This document shows positions 39,528 to 52,978 of a DNA stretch of 64,000 nucleotides, piece by piece. The DNA lies in assembly GCA_002269645.1 (NCBI GenBank), contig NIVC01000401.1, forward strand, positions 186,001-250,000, given 5' to 3'. How positions within the stretch are numbered: position 1 is the first letter of the stretch; the number at the start of each line of letters is the position of its first letter. Below the pieces are notes generated by a model. The model did not search any database. It was not told where the DNA came from and worked only from the letters and a program-made list of their open reading frames with translations. A program made the translations under genes and the position numbers. The stretch is from Macrostomum lignano. Its lineage: Eukaryota.

Positions 39528-40706
39528 CTAGAGCTTCTCTAGACACTTGCTATTAGTCAGCAGGTCCCTAAGCAGGGCCCAGATTGCCTTAGCCGCCTCG
39601 TCGAGCGACTGCGTACTCTTGCCGCGCAGCAGGTCCAACTGCGGCAGAAAGAAGTGCGGGCACCGCCTATTCTGCAGGCAGCTGATTGTCTGCAATAGAA
39701 TGCCATTGATTCTATCGAATAGACAGGCCTCGTCCCATTCTATATCGCGCGGATGCTTCTCGCACTCGTACATCAGCATGGTCTTCATGTGATAGTTGCT
39801 GACTGGCTGGCCGTCCAGTTCCAGGTGTCGGTCGCGCAGGGTCTTCAAGATGCTCAGGCATTTCCTCCGACAGCCACCCTGCAGCAGGTGATTCTCCGAG
39901 TCGGTGAAATCAACCAGCCAAGAGTCGCCTTCGGCTGCGCTGCCTTTCTCCCTGGTGTACACGGACTCCTTGGACAGCAGGATGAAGCCTTCGGACTTGA
40001 CTTCGGCCACTAGGCCGGCGCTCGGCCACGGACTGTTAGGCATTGGCCAGCCGGCCGCAGATCTTGGCCAGAGTCCGCCGCACCTGAATGCCGGCGTTAT
40101 CTGTACGAAATAGCGATCTCGGATGCGCAGTCTCACCTCGCTGGTGTCCGCCTGCAGTTTCACAATGTCTCTGTAGGCGCACTTGTCTATGGCCACGGCC
40201 ACTAGCGATAAGAATCTGGAGCGAATCTTCCTAGCCGACAAATAGCCACTGGCGGTGATGAATTCAACCCATAGCGACATTGAGCGCTTGCGGCCGTCGC
40301 TGAGTTTCAGCACGGCGCAGCCGGGCAGCGAGCCGTCGTCAACAAAATTAAATACGCCCATCTGATTGAGGAATAGCAGGACTTCGTATTCGCACGGCGA
40401 TATGATTCTAAAACCGTCGTAGTGTCCACCAGCCTCAGTCAGGGTGCTGATGAAGCGCGGCTCTTGAACTTCGACTTCTTTGAGCACGTCCTGCGCAATT
40501 TTGGTGACCTCGCGCACAGTCTTGGTTATTTGAGCTTTGCGAGCGGCCACTCGCTCGGTGTAGAATCTGTGCAGCTGGTACGACTGCTGGGCGCCCACCA
40601 TGGTGGGGCCGCTGTTTATCATGCCGCCGACACTGCCAGCTCCGCCTCCGCCGCCTCCTCCTCCACTTGGCAGGTAGTTAGAAACGCCAGTCTCGTAAAC
40701 GTGCAT
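39528..40706 (-). CDS. mab-21: Mab-21 protein (cGAS/Mab-21 NTase fold), intronless, nested antisense in NBEA intron
   Basis: 392-aa ORF near-identical to MAB21L1/2 over long blocks, e.g. VLKEVEVQEPRFIS and LNQMGVFNFVDDGSLPGCAVLKLSDGRKRSMSLWVEFITASGYLSARKIRSRF, C-terminal LLTN--LEKL. Homology starts at the ATG at 40601; upstream ATGs at 40622 and 40706. Confidence 0.98.
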   Translation of the reverse strand: MHVYETGVSNYLPSGGGGGGGGAGSVGGMINSGPTMVGAQQSYQLHRFYTERVAARKAQITKTVREVTKIAQDVLKEVEVQEPRFISTLTEAGGHYDGFRIISPCEYEVLLFLNQMGVFNFVDDGSLPGCAVLKLSDGRKRSMSLWVEFITASGYLSARKIRSRFLSLVAVAIDKCAYRDIVKLQADTSEVRLRIRDRYFVQITPAFRCGGLWPRSAAGWPMPNSPWPSAGLVAEVKSEGFILLSKESVYTREKGSAAEGDSWLVDFTDSENHLLQGGCRRKCLSILKTLRDRHLELDGQPVSNYHMKTMLMYECEKHPRDIEWDEACLFDRINGILLQTISCLQNRRCPHFFLPQLDLLRGKSTQSLDEAAKAIWALLRDLLTNSKCLEKL

Positions 40707-40739
40707 ACCTGGAGTTGCCCGTTGATACTCTAAATACGG

Positions 40740-41090
40740 ATAATGAGCCGTTGTTTGTTATAATTGCTTCACTTGTGCTGTTGATCTTTCTATTGGCGTA
40801 ATTTGTTAAAGCTAAAATCAGAATCTAATGGCTTTGAATTGTCTAAACTTTATAGTGGTTCATCGTCAATTTTAAGACTCCGAGATTGCGGGATCCGATT
40901 GGCTTTGGGCAAATTCTTATTCGCTTACTGGCTCTCAGCCAATAGGAAACAAATAAGAGGATGCCGTGCGCAGATGGGGGAGAAAATTGACACTTTCTCT
41001 TATCTGCCGACCACTGTGTCTGTCCTTCCACACAGGTCGCTTCCTCGAATTGGGAACACAATTGGCTTCTTCAGATTGTAGCGAGCACTT
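40740..41090 (-). promoter_or_regulatory. Putative mab-21 proximal promoter
   Basis: TTATAA at 40758-40763 and CCAAT boxes near 40792, 40897, 40940 and 41081, directly upstream of the ATG; motif-level inference. Confidence 0.4.
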
Positions 41091-41179
41091 TCACTAACTC
41101 AAATTTTAAGTTGGTAGAAAAATTTTTATAGAAAGCCATGAAGATGTTTTCCAAAGTTTTTGAAGCTTCTTTATAAAGT

Positions 41180-43050
41180 GTCTAGCCTGTGAAACTTCTA
41201 TTTTGTGAAGAGTCCAGTTTGTGAAGTGTCCAGTTTGTGAAGTGTCCAGTTTATGAAGTGCCCAGTTTGTGAAATGTACAGTTTGTGAAGTGTCCAGTTT
41301 GTGAAGTGCCCAGTTTGTGAAGTATCCAGTTTATGAAGTGCCCAGTTTATGAAGTGCCCAGTTTATGAAGTGCCCAGTTTGTGAAGTGCCCAGTTTGTGG
41401 AGTGTTCAGTTTGTGAAGTGTCCAGTTTGTGAATTGTCCAGTTTGTGAAGTGTCCAGTTTGTGAATTGTCCAGTTTGTGAAGTGTCCAGTTTGTGAAGAG
41501 TTCAGTTTGTGAAGTGTCCAGTTTGTGAATTGTCCAGTTTTTGAAGTGTCCAGTTTGTGAAGTGTCTAGTTTATGAAGTGTCCAGTTTATGAAGTGTCTA
41601 GTTTGTGAAGTGTCTAGTTTTTTAAGTGTCCAGTTTGTGAAGTGTCCATTTTATGAAGTGTCCAGTTTATGAAGTGCCCAGTTTATGAAGTGTTCAGTTT
41701 GTGGAGTGCCCAGTTTATGAAGTGCCCAGTTTGTGAAGTGTCCAGTTTATGAAGTGTCCAGTTTATGAAGGGCCCAGTTTGTGAAATGTACAGTTTGTGA
41801 AGTGCCCAGTTTGTGAAGTGTCCAGTTTGTGAAGTGTCCAGTTTATGAAGTGCCCAGTTTATGAAGTATCCAGTTTATGAAGTGCCCAGTTTGTGAAGTG
41901 CCCAGTTTGTGAAGTGTCCAGTTTATGAAGTGCCCAGTTTATGAAGTGCCCAGTTTATGAAGTGTTCAGTTTGTGAAGTGTTCAGTTTGTGAAGTGTCTA
42001 GTTTGTGAATTGTCTAGTTTGTGAAGTGTCCAGTTTGTGAAGTGTCCAGTTTGTGAAGTGTCTAGTTTTTGAAATGTCTAGTTTGTGAAGTGTCCAGTTT
42101 GTGAAGTGTCCAGTTTGTGAAGTGTTCAGTTTGTGAAGTGTCTAGTTTGTGAAGTGTCCAGTTTATGAAGTGCCCAGTTTGTGAAATGTACAGTTTGTGA
42201 AGTGTCCAGTTTGTGAAGTGTTCAGTTTGTGAAGTGTCTAGTTTGTGAATTGTCTAGTTTGTGAAGTGTCCAGTTTATGAAGTGCCCAGTTTGTGAAATG
42301 TACAGTTTGTGAAGTGCCCAGTTTATGAAGTGCCCAGTTTATGAAGTGCCCAGTTTGTGAAGTATCCAGTTTATGAAGTGCCCAGTTTGTGAAGTGCCCA
42401 GTTTGTGAAGTGTCCAGTTTGTGAAGAGTCCAGTTTGTGAGAGTCCAGTTTGTGAAGTGCCCAGTTTGTGAAATTTACAGTTTGTGAAGTGCCCAGTTTG
42501 TGAATTGTCCAGTTTGTGAAGTGTCCAGTTTATGAAGTGCCCAGTTTATGAAGTATCCAGTTTATGAAGTGCCCAGTTTATGAAGTGCCCAGTTTGTGAA
42601 GTGCCCAGTTTGTGAAGTGTCCAGTTTATGAAGTGCCCAGTTTATGAAGTGCCCAGTTTATGAAGTGTTCAGTTTGTGAAGTGTCTAGTTTTTTTAATTG
42701 TCTAGTTTGTGAAGTGTCCAGTTTGTGAAGTGTCTAGTTTTTGAAGTGTCTAGTCTGTGAAGTGTCCAGTTTGTGAAGTGTCCAGTTTATGAAGTGCCCA
42801 GTTTGTGAAGTGTTCAGTTTGTGAAGTGTCTAGTTTGTGAGAGTCCAGTTTGTGAAGTGTCCAGTTTGTGAGAGTCCAGTTTGTGAAGTGCCCAGTTTTT
42901 GAAGTGTCCATTTTGTGAGAGTCCAGTTTGTGAAGTGCCCAGTTTGTGAAGTGTCCAGTTTGTGAAGTGCCTAGTTTTTGAAGTGTCCAGTTTGTGAAGT
43001 GCCTAGTTTTTGAAGTGTCCAGTTTGTGAAGTGTCCAGTTTGTGGGAGTC
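41180..43050. repeat. 16-bp minisatellite, about 115 copies, upstream of mab-21
   Basis: Unit GTGAAGTGTCCAGTTT. Confidence 0.96.
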
Positions 43051-43824
43051 TAGTTTTTAAAGCTGAACTTTACACTTTTTAAAGTTTTTTTTAAGCCATT
43101 AAAGGGATCCACCGCTGCTTAGTAAGAGTGGCTTATACTAAAAGTAATATTAAAAGCCACTTATATTTACATAGGAGAAGCTTATAAAAACACGAACTAA
43201 TCCAAAGTTTGCGTGATCAGAAACGGCTCTGAGCTGCAGCAATTTGATTGATGGGTCCTGAAAAATTGCTCAGACAGAAAAACACGATTTTATTGACAAG
43301 CTCTTCCGCGTTCCCGCATTCCGGCGCTGCTCCATTGTTTCAGTTTCATCGCTTAAAAGCCAACCATTCTTTTATTAATATTGTTGGCAGAATGTTCAAA
43401 AACAAAATGACGGTTTGCTTTTTCTCCCTTTGGACAAGGACAGGTTGGAATGCGTTGCGGAAGGCTAAGTCTCTAAAAATGTCTACCTCTGTGTAAATTC
43501 GCACACGCGATGGGAAAAATGCAGTCATACAAGCTATTATAAGAAAGTTCTCAATATCACAGCCGTTCATCAGACTCACCTGTAATATGAAGGCAGGTAC
43601 CGCTGAACAATTTTCATCGGGGGGGGGGGGTGGCGCAAAAGTCTCAAATGTGAGCCCTTTTCGTTTCCAGGAAACATGACCTCCCATTATTACTATAAGA
43701 AGTGGGGGCAACTGACCCCATTGACCGTCCTTAGATAGCCCCCAACAGCTGTCCTTCTGAGCAGCTGCCCTCCAAGCCGTAGTTGTTCAGCTACTAAATT
43801 ATTATAATTTATCATGGAATTCGA

Positions 43825-44144
43825 ATATAATAATATTAAGAATAAAAATACAATAATAATTGATTAAACCTGCCCTTAATGGGCAGATGTGCAACCCACA
43901 GCCGCAGCTATTGCGCGGCGCATCTGAAGACTGCGTACGGCTGTTAAGTCCAAGGAGTGGGGGGGTCGCTACACACATCCTCAATTACCTCAGTTAATGC
44001 TGGCATCCATTTTACAGTTGGATGTAAAATTGAGAGTTAGTGTCTTGCTCAAGGACACAAATTGTTCCGAGTAGGTCGAGAATCGAACCTCCGACCTTTC
44101 ATTCGTGAGTCCGACGCTCTAACCATTAGGCTAAACTCCAACGC
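43825..44144 (-). mobile_element. Second full-length copy of the same SINE
   Basis: Reverse complement aligns with 6742-7050 from tRNA head through body to AT-rich tail. Confidence 0.85.
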
Positions 44145-45044
44145 AAATGAATGCAAATGAAATCGTACCAGTATCTAGCCAAGTTTTGATTGTTGCTTGG
44201 GAGAATGTTAGCATCTTCTACACTAGCCAATCTCTGGTGTGCAGAAGTTACCAAACCAAATGAAAATTTAATTGGCTTTCAGAGCACCTCGGTTCCAGTA
44301 TAGATGACTATACTTGAAAAAAAACTTGCGTCCGTGGACGTTGCGATGCTTTTCCAATTTTTTTGAAGAGAATCTCCAAAGACAGGCCGAGGTCGGGGTG
44401 GGCGAGAGGAAGGGGGAAAAGAAGAGACAGCAGCGGAAGCAGCGCCTGTCAGTTCGGGTTAGAGCCCGGTCCGCTTTGACGTGGCCGGGGGGATAGGAAG
44501 CTGTCTGGCTTCAATCCTTCGTGTAGCCCAAGGGGGTATCGCTTGAAATTCGGCTAGCGGAGAGGGCGAGACTTCATCCATTGGGGGCTTCGCTGCCGAT
44601 CCGCTCCGCCCCTTTTTCCTCATTCTCTCTCTTCTTGGCTTGTCTCTTTGTGCGCTTGTGTCACTTTTGATTTCATCTCGCCTTGTCAGTGCGGCACGGC
44701 ACGCCCCTAAATGTCTTGTTATCTAATCTATGTAGCTGTTCTTTCCAGTTTGAAACTGTCTTGATCTCTTCTGTATCTAATTTTCACGGTTTTGTCCATG
44801 AGGATGGAGCTTAAACTTGTGGCTATCTGACTTCTATATCTTGGCTGGTGTGAAGTTTGCCTTGCCCTGCTTATATGGCTTGCTTGTGTATAGATTGAAA
44901 ACTATGGCTCCCGTGTCCTGCTGTGTCTGTTTGAGAAATTTGTAAATCTTTTACGGTTTTCAAGTGTCTGATGGAATTTTTTCAATACTGATTTTTTCAT
45001 TCCATACGAACGTACTGGAATATTGTGTCTAAATCAATATTGTG

Positions 45045-45405
45045 ACCTTCAGATAGCCTCCAAACTACCTGTTGCCTTGTCCTTCAGGTAGCCTCCTGAC
45101 TACCTGTCCTCTTGTCCTTCAGTTAGCCTTTTGACTACCTGTTCTCTTGTCCTTCAGGTAGCCTCCTGAATACCTCCCTTGTCCTTCAGGTAGCCTTCTG
45201 ACTACCTCCCTTGTCCTTCAGGTAGCTTCCTGACTATCTCCCTTGTATTTCAGGTAGCCTCCTGACTACCTGTTCCTGATTACCTGTTCCCTTATCCTTT
45301 ATGTAGCTTCCGACTACCTATTCACTTGTCCTTCAGGTAGCCTCCTGACTACCTGTTCCCTTGTCCTTCAGATAGCCTCCTGACTACCTGTTCCATTGTC
45401 TTTCC
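45045..45405. repeat. About 35-bp minisatellite
   Basis: Unit about ACTACCTGTTCCCTTGTCCTTCAGGTAGCCTCCTG. Confidence 0.85.
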
Positions 45406-45630
45406 AGCTAACTGATTACTAGTTATCCCATTTGCAGCTGCATATTGTACAATAAATATTTCAATGATAAATGTCCGCTAATTTTTCGAGCAATTAACGG
45501 GCAGTAAGAAACGGGCAGCGATGAAGAAATAAAAATGCGAAGGCTGCATGGGAGGCTGGCTGGATACTTCGGTCGTCGCCGCCGTAATCAGTGCAAGAAT
45601 CTTTCCAACTAGGTCTCTTCTTATTCTACC

Positions 45631-45795
<165 letters not shown>

Positions 45796-46349
45796 CCCTT
45801 GCCATCCTGGCAGCTCCATATATATATTCTTCTCTCTATGTAGTTTTCTGCCATTTCCAGCTAGTCGCTTTACCTTACCAAGGTTGGCGCGCAATGTCTT
45901 AACAGTGAAACAGGGGGTACCCCACCCGGCCTCCCAGCTGGACGTGGGGGCCGTGGGGAGCTTGAAAACGGAGCGGAGGTCGCAGCAGCATCGAGCGAAT
46001 CCTCGATCGCGGATCGGACACGTGCAATACTTTTCACTTGATAAACGACCGAGGCGGCAAAGGGGTGTCTTTTGTTCTCCTCTACAGCCTCCTCCATCCT
46101 CATCAGAGAGATGCTGGCTATCCCACAACCCCCCTTTGTGCGAGACGGCGCCTGTCTGCAGTCCTGTTCTCTGTCATATTCTCTCCCTACTGTAATAAGG
46201 CCACTTTCAGAATTTCTTCGGTCTTTATTTAACTCTTTCTCTCCATTGGATTTGATAAAGCCTGGATAATGTCTGGATAATCGATTTCTTGGTTTATTGG
46301 TTTGTCTGTTTAATAGATTTATTTTCTCTGTTTAGCAGTCAATTTAGTT

Positions 46350-47255
46350 CAGGGATCGGCTAACTCTGGCCCGCGGGCCACAGTACCAATCCGAGTTTGT
46401 GTCTCTTCTCAGCTCTCTTTCTCTCTCCCTCTCTTCTCTCCCCTCCTCCTCTCACTTCTCTCTTCTCTCTTCTCTCTCTGTCTTCTCGCCTCTATTTATC
46501 TCTCTTCTATCTCTGTCTTCTCGCTTCTATTTATCTCTCTTCTATCTCTCCTCTCCTCTCTCCTTTCTCTCCCCTCTCCTCTCATCTCCTCTCTCCTTTC
46601 TCCTCTTCCTCCTCTCTCTTCTCTCTTCTCTCCTCTCTCTTCTCTCTCTTCTCTCTCTCCTCTCTCTTCTCTCTCTTCTCTCCTCTCTCTTCTCTCTCTT
46701 CTCTCTCTCCTCTCTCTTCTCTCCTCTCTCTTCTCTCCTCTCTCTTCTCTCTCTTCTCTCCTCTCTCTTCTCTCTTCTCTCTTCTCTTTTTCTCTCTCCT
46801 CTCTCCTCTCTCCCCTCTCCCTTCTCCTGCTCTCTCTTCTCTCTTCTCTCTCTCCTCTCTCTTCTCTCCTCTCTCTTCTCTCCTCTCTCTTCTCTCCTCT
46901 CTCTTCTCTCTTCTCTCTTCTCTTTTTCTCTCTCCTCTCTCCTCTCTCCCCTCTCCCTTCTCCTGCTCTCTCTTCTCTCTTCTCTCTCTTTCCTCTCTCC
47001 TCTCTCCTCTCCTGCTCTCTCTTCTCTCTTCTCTCTCTTCTCTATCATCTGTCCTCTCTTTTCTCTCCTCTCCTCTCTCCTCTCTCTTCTCTCTATCTTT
47101 ACTCTCCCCTCTCTATCCTCTTCTCTCTCCCCTCTCTCCTATCTTATCTCTTCTCTCATCTGTCTCCTCTATTTTACCTTCTTTTCTCTCTCAGCTGGCC
47201 CGCAGCCCTAAGCTTTATATAACCCTCAAGGTAAAAGAAATCTTGCCAACCGCTC
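46350..47255 (+). mobile_element. Charlie-like hAT MITE with internal CT-rich array (degenerate copy)
   Basis: Ends CAGGGATCGGCTAAC ... TTGCCAACCGCTC; flanks ATTTAGTT / ATTAAGCT (6/8); shares subterminal GGCCCGCG and CTCAAGGTAAAA with the other copies. Confidence 0.65.
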
Positions 47256-48118
47256 ATTAAGCTGTTTCAGGTGTTGCTCTTGTGTCCTTAGTCGTCATTC
47301 CTTTGCTGATTCTCACCCGTGCTCTTCTGTCGCTTTTTTCTATCCACCTCCTCTCAAACTCCTTTACCTTTTTATCGCATTGCCTATTTTTTTCTCTCTC
47401 CCCTTTTCATTCCTTTGCTTATTCTATTTACAGTTTCTGTCTTGCCTCGCACTTGTCTCTTGCTACGCTCCGAACCCAGTCTCGCTGACCCGCTTTGATC
47501 TTCCGCCCCATCATTGAGCCACTTCACCGCATCAGTTTGGAAACTGCCCCCCCCCTCGTTGACCCGAACTGGCTTCCCGTTTGTTCTACTTCTGCCGTTT
47601 ATAGTCGCATCCTATCGTGGGCTCCGCCAGTTGTCTCAAATTCCAAGGGCAAAGTTACCACGATGGCTTATTTTATTGGGGGTAAGGGTCCTAAATTCTC
47701 GAAAAAATAAGTCACTTCTTTTTGGACAAAGGCGCCCGCGCATGACCAACCGAATATCCCGGAGCCCCGTTGAGGCCAAGCGGAAGCAATTGCGGAATAC
47801 TACTAATATTTCAGCTAAGATTTTCTCTTTTCAACAATACTACGAGCTTAGGATCCCATCATATTCCTGTCTCAGCTGGTGTAAGATTGCCCTAGCAGAT
47901 AAGCCTATGAGGCTCGTAGCTGGCTAAGGCGGCGGGCGGACACTTGACACGAGCGCGATGCGCCAACAAAGACCGGCCTGGCCGCAGGGGCTCTTTGTCA
48001 AGTGCCTGTCCTGCGAATTGGCGATTGGGGGAGTTGAATTCTCTCATTTAGATGCGTAGTATTTATTGAATTGAATGACATCACTGGTGTACCTGCTGCT
48101 GACTTTGCTGCGATGAGC

Positions 48119-49330
<1,212 letters not shown>

Positions 49331-50758
49331 CTATCTTTTCTTTGCAGCTCAAGTGTTCATAGCAACGAATAATCATATTGTGTCTCTTGATGCCTTCCTG
49401 ATTTGCAAAGCCAACCTCAGCTGTTTGACAAATCTTGTCTCTATTCGTAATCTCTACCTTCCGGCGCTAATCCCACGTCTAATCCATGCCTTCTCCTGTA
49501 GCCGCCCTGGTGACCGACAGGCCGCAGTCTGTCTGTCAGGCTTCCTGTTCACCCCCCATTCCCCTTGCATCTTTTCTTTCGTGTGCCGAAAGAGAAAATC
49601 TTCGGCTTTTAGCATTTTTTTGTTCAAGAGTCGCCCCCGAAGCTAATTGAAAGCGACAGGCTTATAGGGCCGCCATAAAGGAAAGCTCCAGCTAGCGCTC
49701 TCTCTCTGTCTTTCTCTGGCCCTTTCTTGTATTATTATTCATCCTGTGTGTCTCCTGCTAGCCTTATGCAGTATCTATTCATACCGGTAGTACTGCTGTC
49801 TGTGCTGCCCCCAACCCTCTGACAATTTAGACCTCCAGCCAAAGATTTTTTCTCTGGTCGGGGTATGCTAGAGGTTGCCGGACTGCTTCTAGTAGCAGCA
49901 GCAGCAGAAACAGCAGCAGATTTTGTTTGAAAGAAGGAAGCAGTTGAAAACAATACGTTATCCTCTTGTGGCTGGGCGCGGTGGTCGCAGTGGCGGCGGT
50001 GGCGGCTTTGGGTTTGAAAAGAAACCGAAAAACCTGCCTTGCTGTCCGCCTGTCCGCACTGTGCCGGATGGTACAAATTCACTAAGCCACGGCTAGCCCG
50101 TGCTCGCCTGTACCGTGTGTTATTAAAATTCCCCGAAACTGCACCCCCCATCGGGTGCAGAAGCAGAAACGCGGCAGCAGAGACAGAAAGCAGCTGATAA
50201 TGCGTCCACTAAGTTTGCCCCGTGTCGGCGGCTCGCTCGCTCCCTCAGCCGCCCCGAAGACATGATGGATCTTTCTAGCGCAAGCATCGAGTTTTCTTCA
50301 TCTATTTATACGTGTATGTCTAGCGAGTGGCAGAGCCCCCCCCTCCCCTGGGGAGGGGATGGGTGGATGCTGGGCCCCGGTTGCTGGGGATGCGCCAGCT
50401 CCATCAGTGGCGGCACATGCTCTAAAGCTATGGCCCTTCGCTGACAGCTGACTTTGCTGCCTTGTCCTGGCGATTAGCAACTACTTCTTTGCAGTCTGTT
50501 CTATAATCCAGCACAAGCAATCCTTATTATTCTCAAATTCTTTCTGCAGCAAAATTCAATCATTCAACAGACATTTAGGGCGCAGCTAGATTGAGTTGTA
50601 CCGGTACACTGTCTGACGAAGACAATGTCAGGGCCTGCTGTACACCCTGTGTGAGCGTGAGCGTGCTTAGGAGTCAGCAGAATGATCATGACTGCTGCCT
50701 CCTTGTTAGCTACTTAGTTTAGTTAGCAATTTTTTGTGTTTTAAAGAACCTACTAGGC

Positions 50759-51147
50759 CAGGGTCGGCGAACGCCGGCCCGCGAAGCCTCTCTATCCGGC
50801 CCTCGGGTCTTTGAAACTTCGAAATAGCAATCCGGCCCGCTCAAAGATGGTGTCTCTTCTCTGCTTCCTTCTCTTACCTCTTACCTCTTCTCTCTTCTCT
50901 CATCTCTCCTCTCTCCCATCCTCTCTCCTCTCTACCCTCCTCTCTCCTCTCTCTTCTCTCTCCCTTCTCTTCTCTCCTATCTCCCCTCCTTTCTCCTCTC
51001 TCCCCTCTTCTCTACTCTCTCACCTCTCCTCTCCCTTATCTTTTCTCATCCCTCATCTATTCCCTCCTTTTTATTCTCATCTGGCCCGCGGCCATGAGCT
51101 GGATTCTTTATCCGGCCCTTGAGGTAAAACAGTTTGCCGACCCCTTG
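50759..51147 (+). mobile_element. Charlie-like hAT MITE with internal CT-rich array
   Basis: Ends CAGGGTCGGCGAAC ... GTTTGCCGACCCCTTG; perfect 8-bp TSD TACTAGGC with central TA. Confidence 0.85.
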
Positions 51148-51511
51148 TACTAGGCCTTGGTTAGGGTTCAGCTATCATCCCTGTTTTAAAACTATTTTCG
51201 CTTTTAGACCGACAATCGAAAGTGTGCACGAAGAATACACAAGAAATCCATTAGGGCAGCTAAAACTATGAAGGCTTTCTACTTAGCCTTATAATCTCAT
51301 TAACACAAACTTTGCTTGCTTGACCTCATACTACTGATGTGTCCTAAGCTCATGTCTTCTCGTATTGTCAAGAATTCAAAGAATTTTTTGTTATTTTTCT
51401 ATGCATATCGGCAATTGAATTATTTATTAACTTTTTTATTTAAATATTCCTTTGGCTTACTATAAGTAGACAAACAGTATATATGCTGTATATTTCAATC
51501 CGTTTACCAAG

Positions 51512-51629
51512 GTGCTGCGCTACGTGGATCATCTGCACGGGAAGTGGCATTTCAACGAAATCCGGGCCATCTTCAGTCGGCGCTATTTGCACAAAAATGT
51601 TGCCTTGGAAATCTTTATGGCTAATAGAA
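51512..51629 (+). CDS. nbea: NBEA exon, PH domain, [39 protein letters not shown]
   Basis: AAG acceptor, GTGAGT donor, phase 0 to 1; matches [36 protein letters not shown]. Confidence 0.94.
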
Positions 51630-51725
51630 GTGAGTCCATGTGTCAATAATATGCTCATTATATCTTTATCCATCACTGTTATGATTACTTATATATATAT
51701 ATACTATTGCTATTCAAAACCAAAG

Positions 51726-51828
51726 GCGCCGTGATGTTTGCATTCGAGGATCAGGAGAGCGTTAAAAAAGTGGTGAACAGCCTGCCACGAATCGGCATTG
51801 GCATCAAGTACGGCCTGCAGCAGACTCG
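51726..51828 (+). CDS. nbea: NBEA exon, SAVMFAFEDQESVKKVVNSLPRIGIGIKYGLQQTR
   Basis: 96-nt intron, AAG acceptor, GTGAG donor, phase 1 to 2; matches AVMFNF-D---VKKVV--LPRVGVG--GL-QTR. Confidence 0.93.
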
Positions 51829-51879
51829 GTGAGCTCGTAATCTCATGGTTGGTCATTTCAATGTATTAGTCAGTTCACA

Positions 51880-52410
51880 ATTAGTCATTAGTAGAGTGGA
51901 TTGCTAATCTATCCAAGTCATTAGTAGAGTGGATTGCTAATCTATCTAAGTCATTAGTAGAATGGATTGCTAATCTATCCAAGTCATTAGTAGAGTGGAT
52001 TGCTAATCTATCCAAGTCATTAGTAGAGTGGATTGCTAATCTATCCAAGTCATTAGTAGAGTGGATTGCTAATCTATCCAAGTCATTAGTAGAGTGGATT
52101 GCTAATCTATCTAAGTCATTAGTAGAATGGATTGCTAATCTATCCAAGTCATTAGTAGAGTGGGTTGCTAATCTACCAAGTCATTAGTAGAGTGGATTGC
52201 TAATATATCTAAGTCATTAGTAGAGTGGATTGCTAATCTATCTAAGTCATTAGTAGAGTGGATTGCTAATCTATCTAAGTCATTAGTAGAGTGGATTGCT
52301 AATCTATCTAAGTCATTAGTAGAGTGGATTGCTAATCTATCTAAGTCATTAGTAGAGTGGATTGCTAATCCAAGTCATTAGTAGAATGGATTGCTAATCT
52401 ATCCAAGTTA
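51880..52410. repeat. 33-bp minisatellite
   Basis: Unit AGTCATTAGTAGAGTGGATTGCTAATCTATCCA. Confidence 0.94.
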
Positions 52411-52458
52411 AATAACTAATGCAATGTCAGTAATTAATAGTAGTGCTAATCATATTAA

Positions 52459-52794
<336 letters not shown>

Positions 52795-52978
52795 TAGATT
52801 TAATTTTCTCTCTAATTGTGCACGAAAATCGGTCAGGGAGTTGTCCTGCTATTCTACACCCGTGAGGGCCAGCCCCCAAATCGCAGAGAGTGTACATGCC
52901 TGACGATTAGACAGTCAGGGCTGCTGTGCACCCTGCGTGAGCGTACAGTGTTGGCGCACTTGTACCGATGGACTAGAG

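Noticed and set aside
50612-50635. Hammerhead ribozyme core CTGACGA
   Set aside because: No GAAA after the putative stem II in either copy, and no convincing HDV-like pseudoknot by eye.
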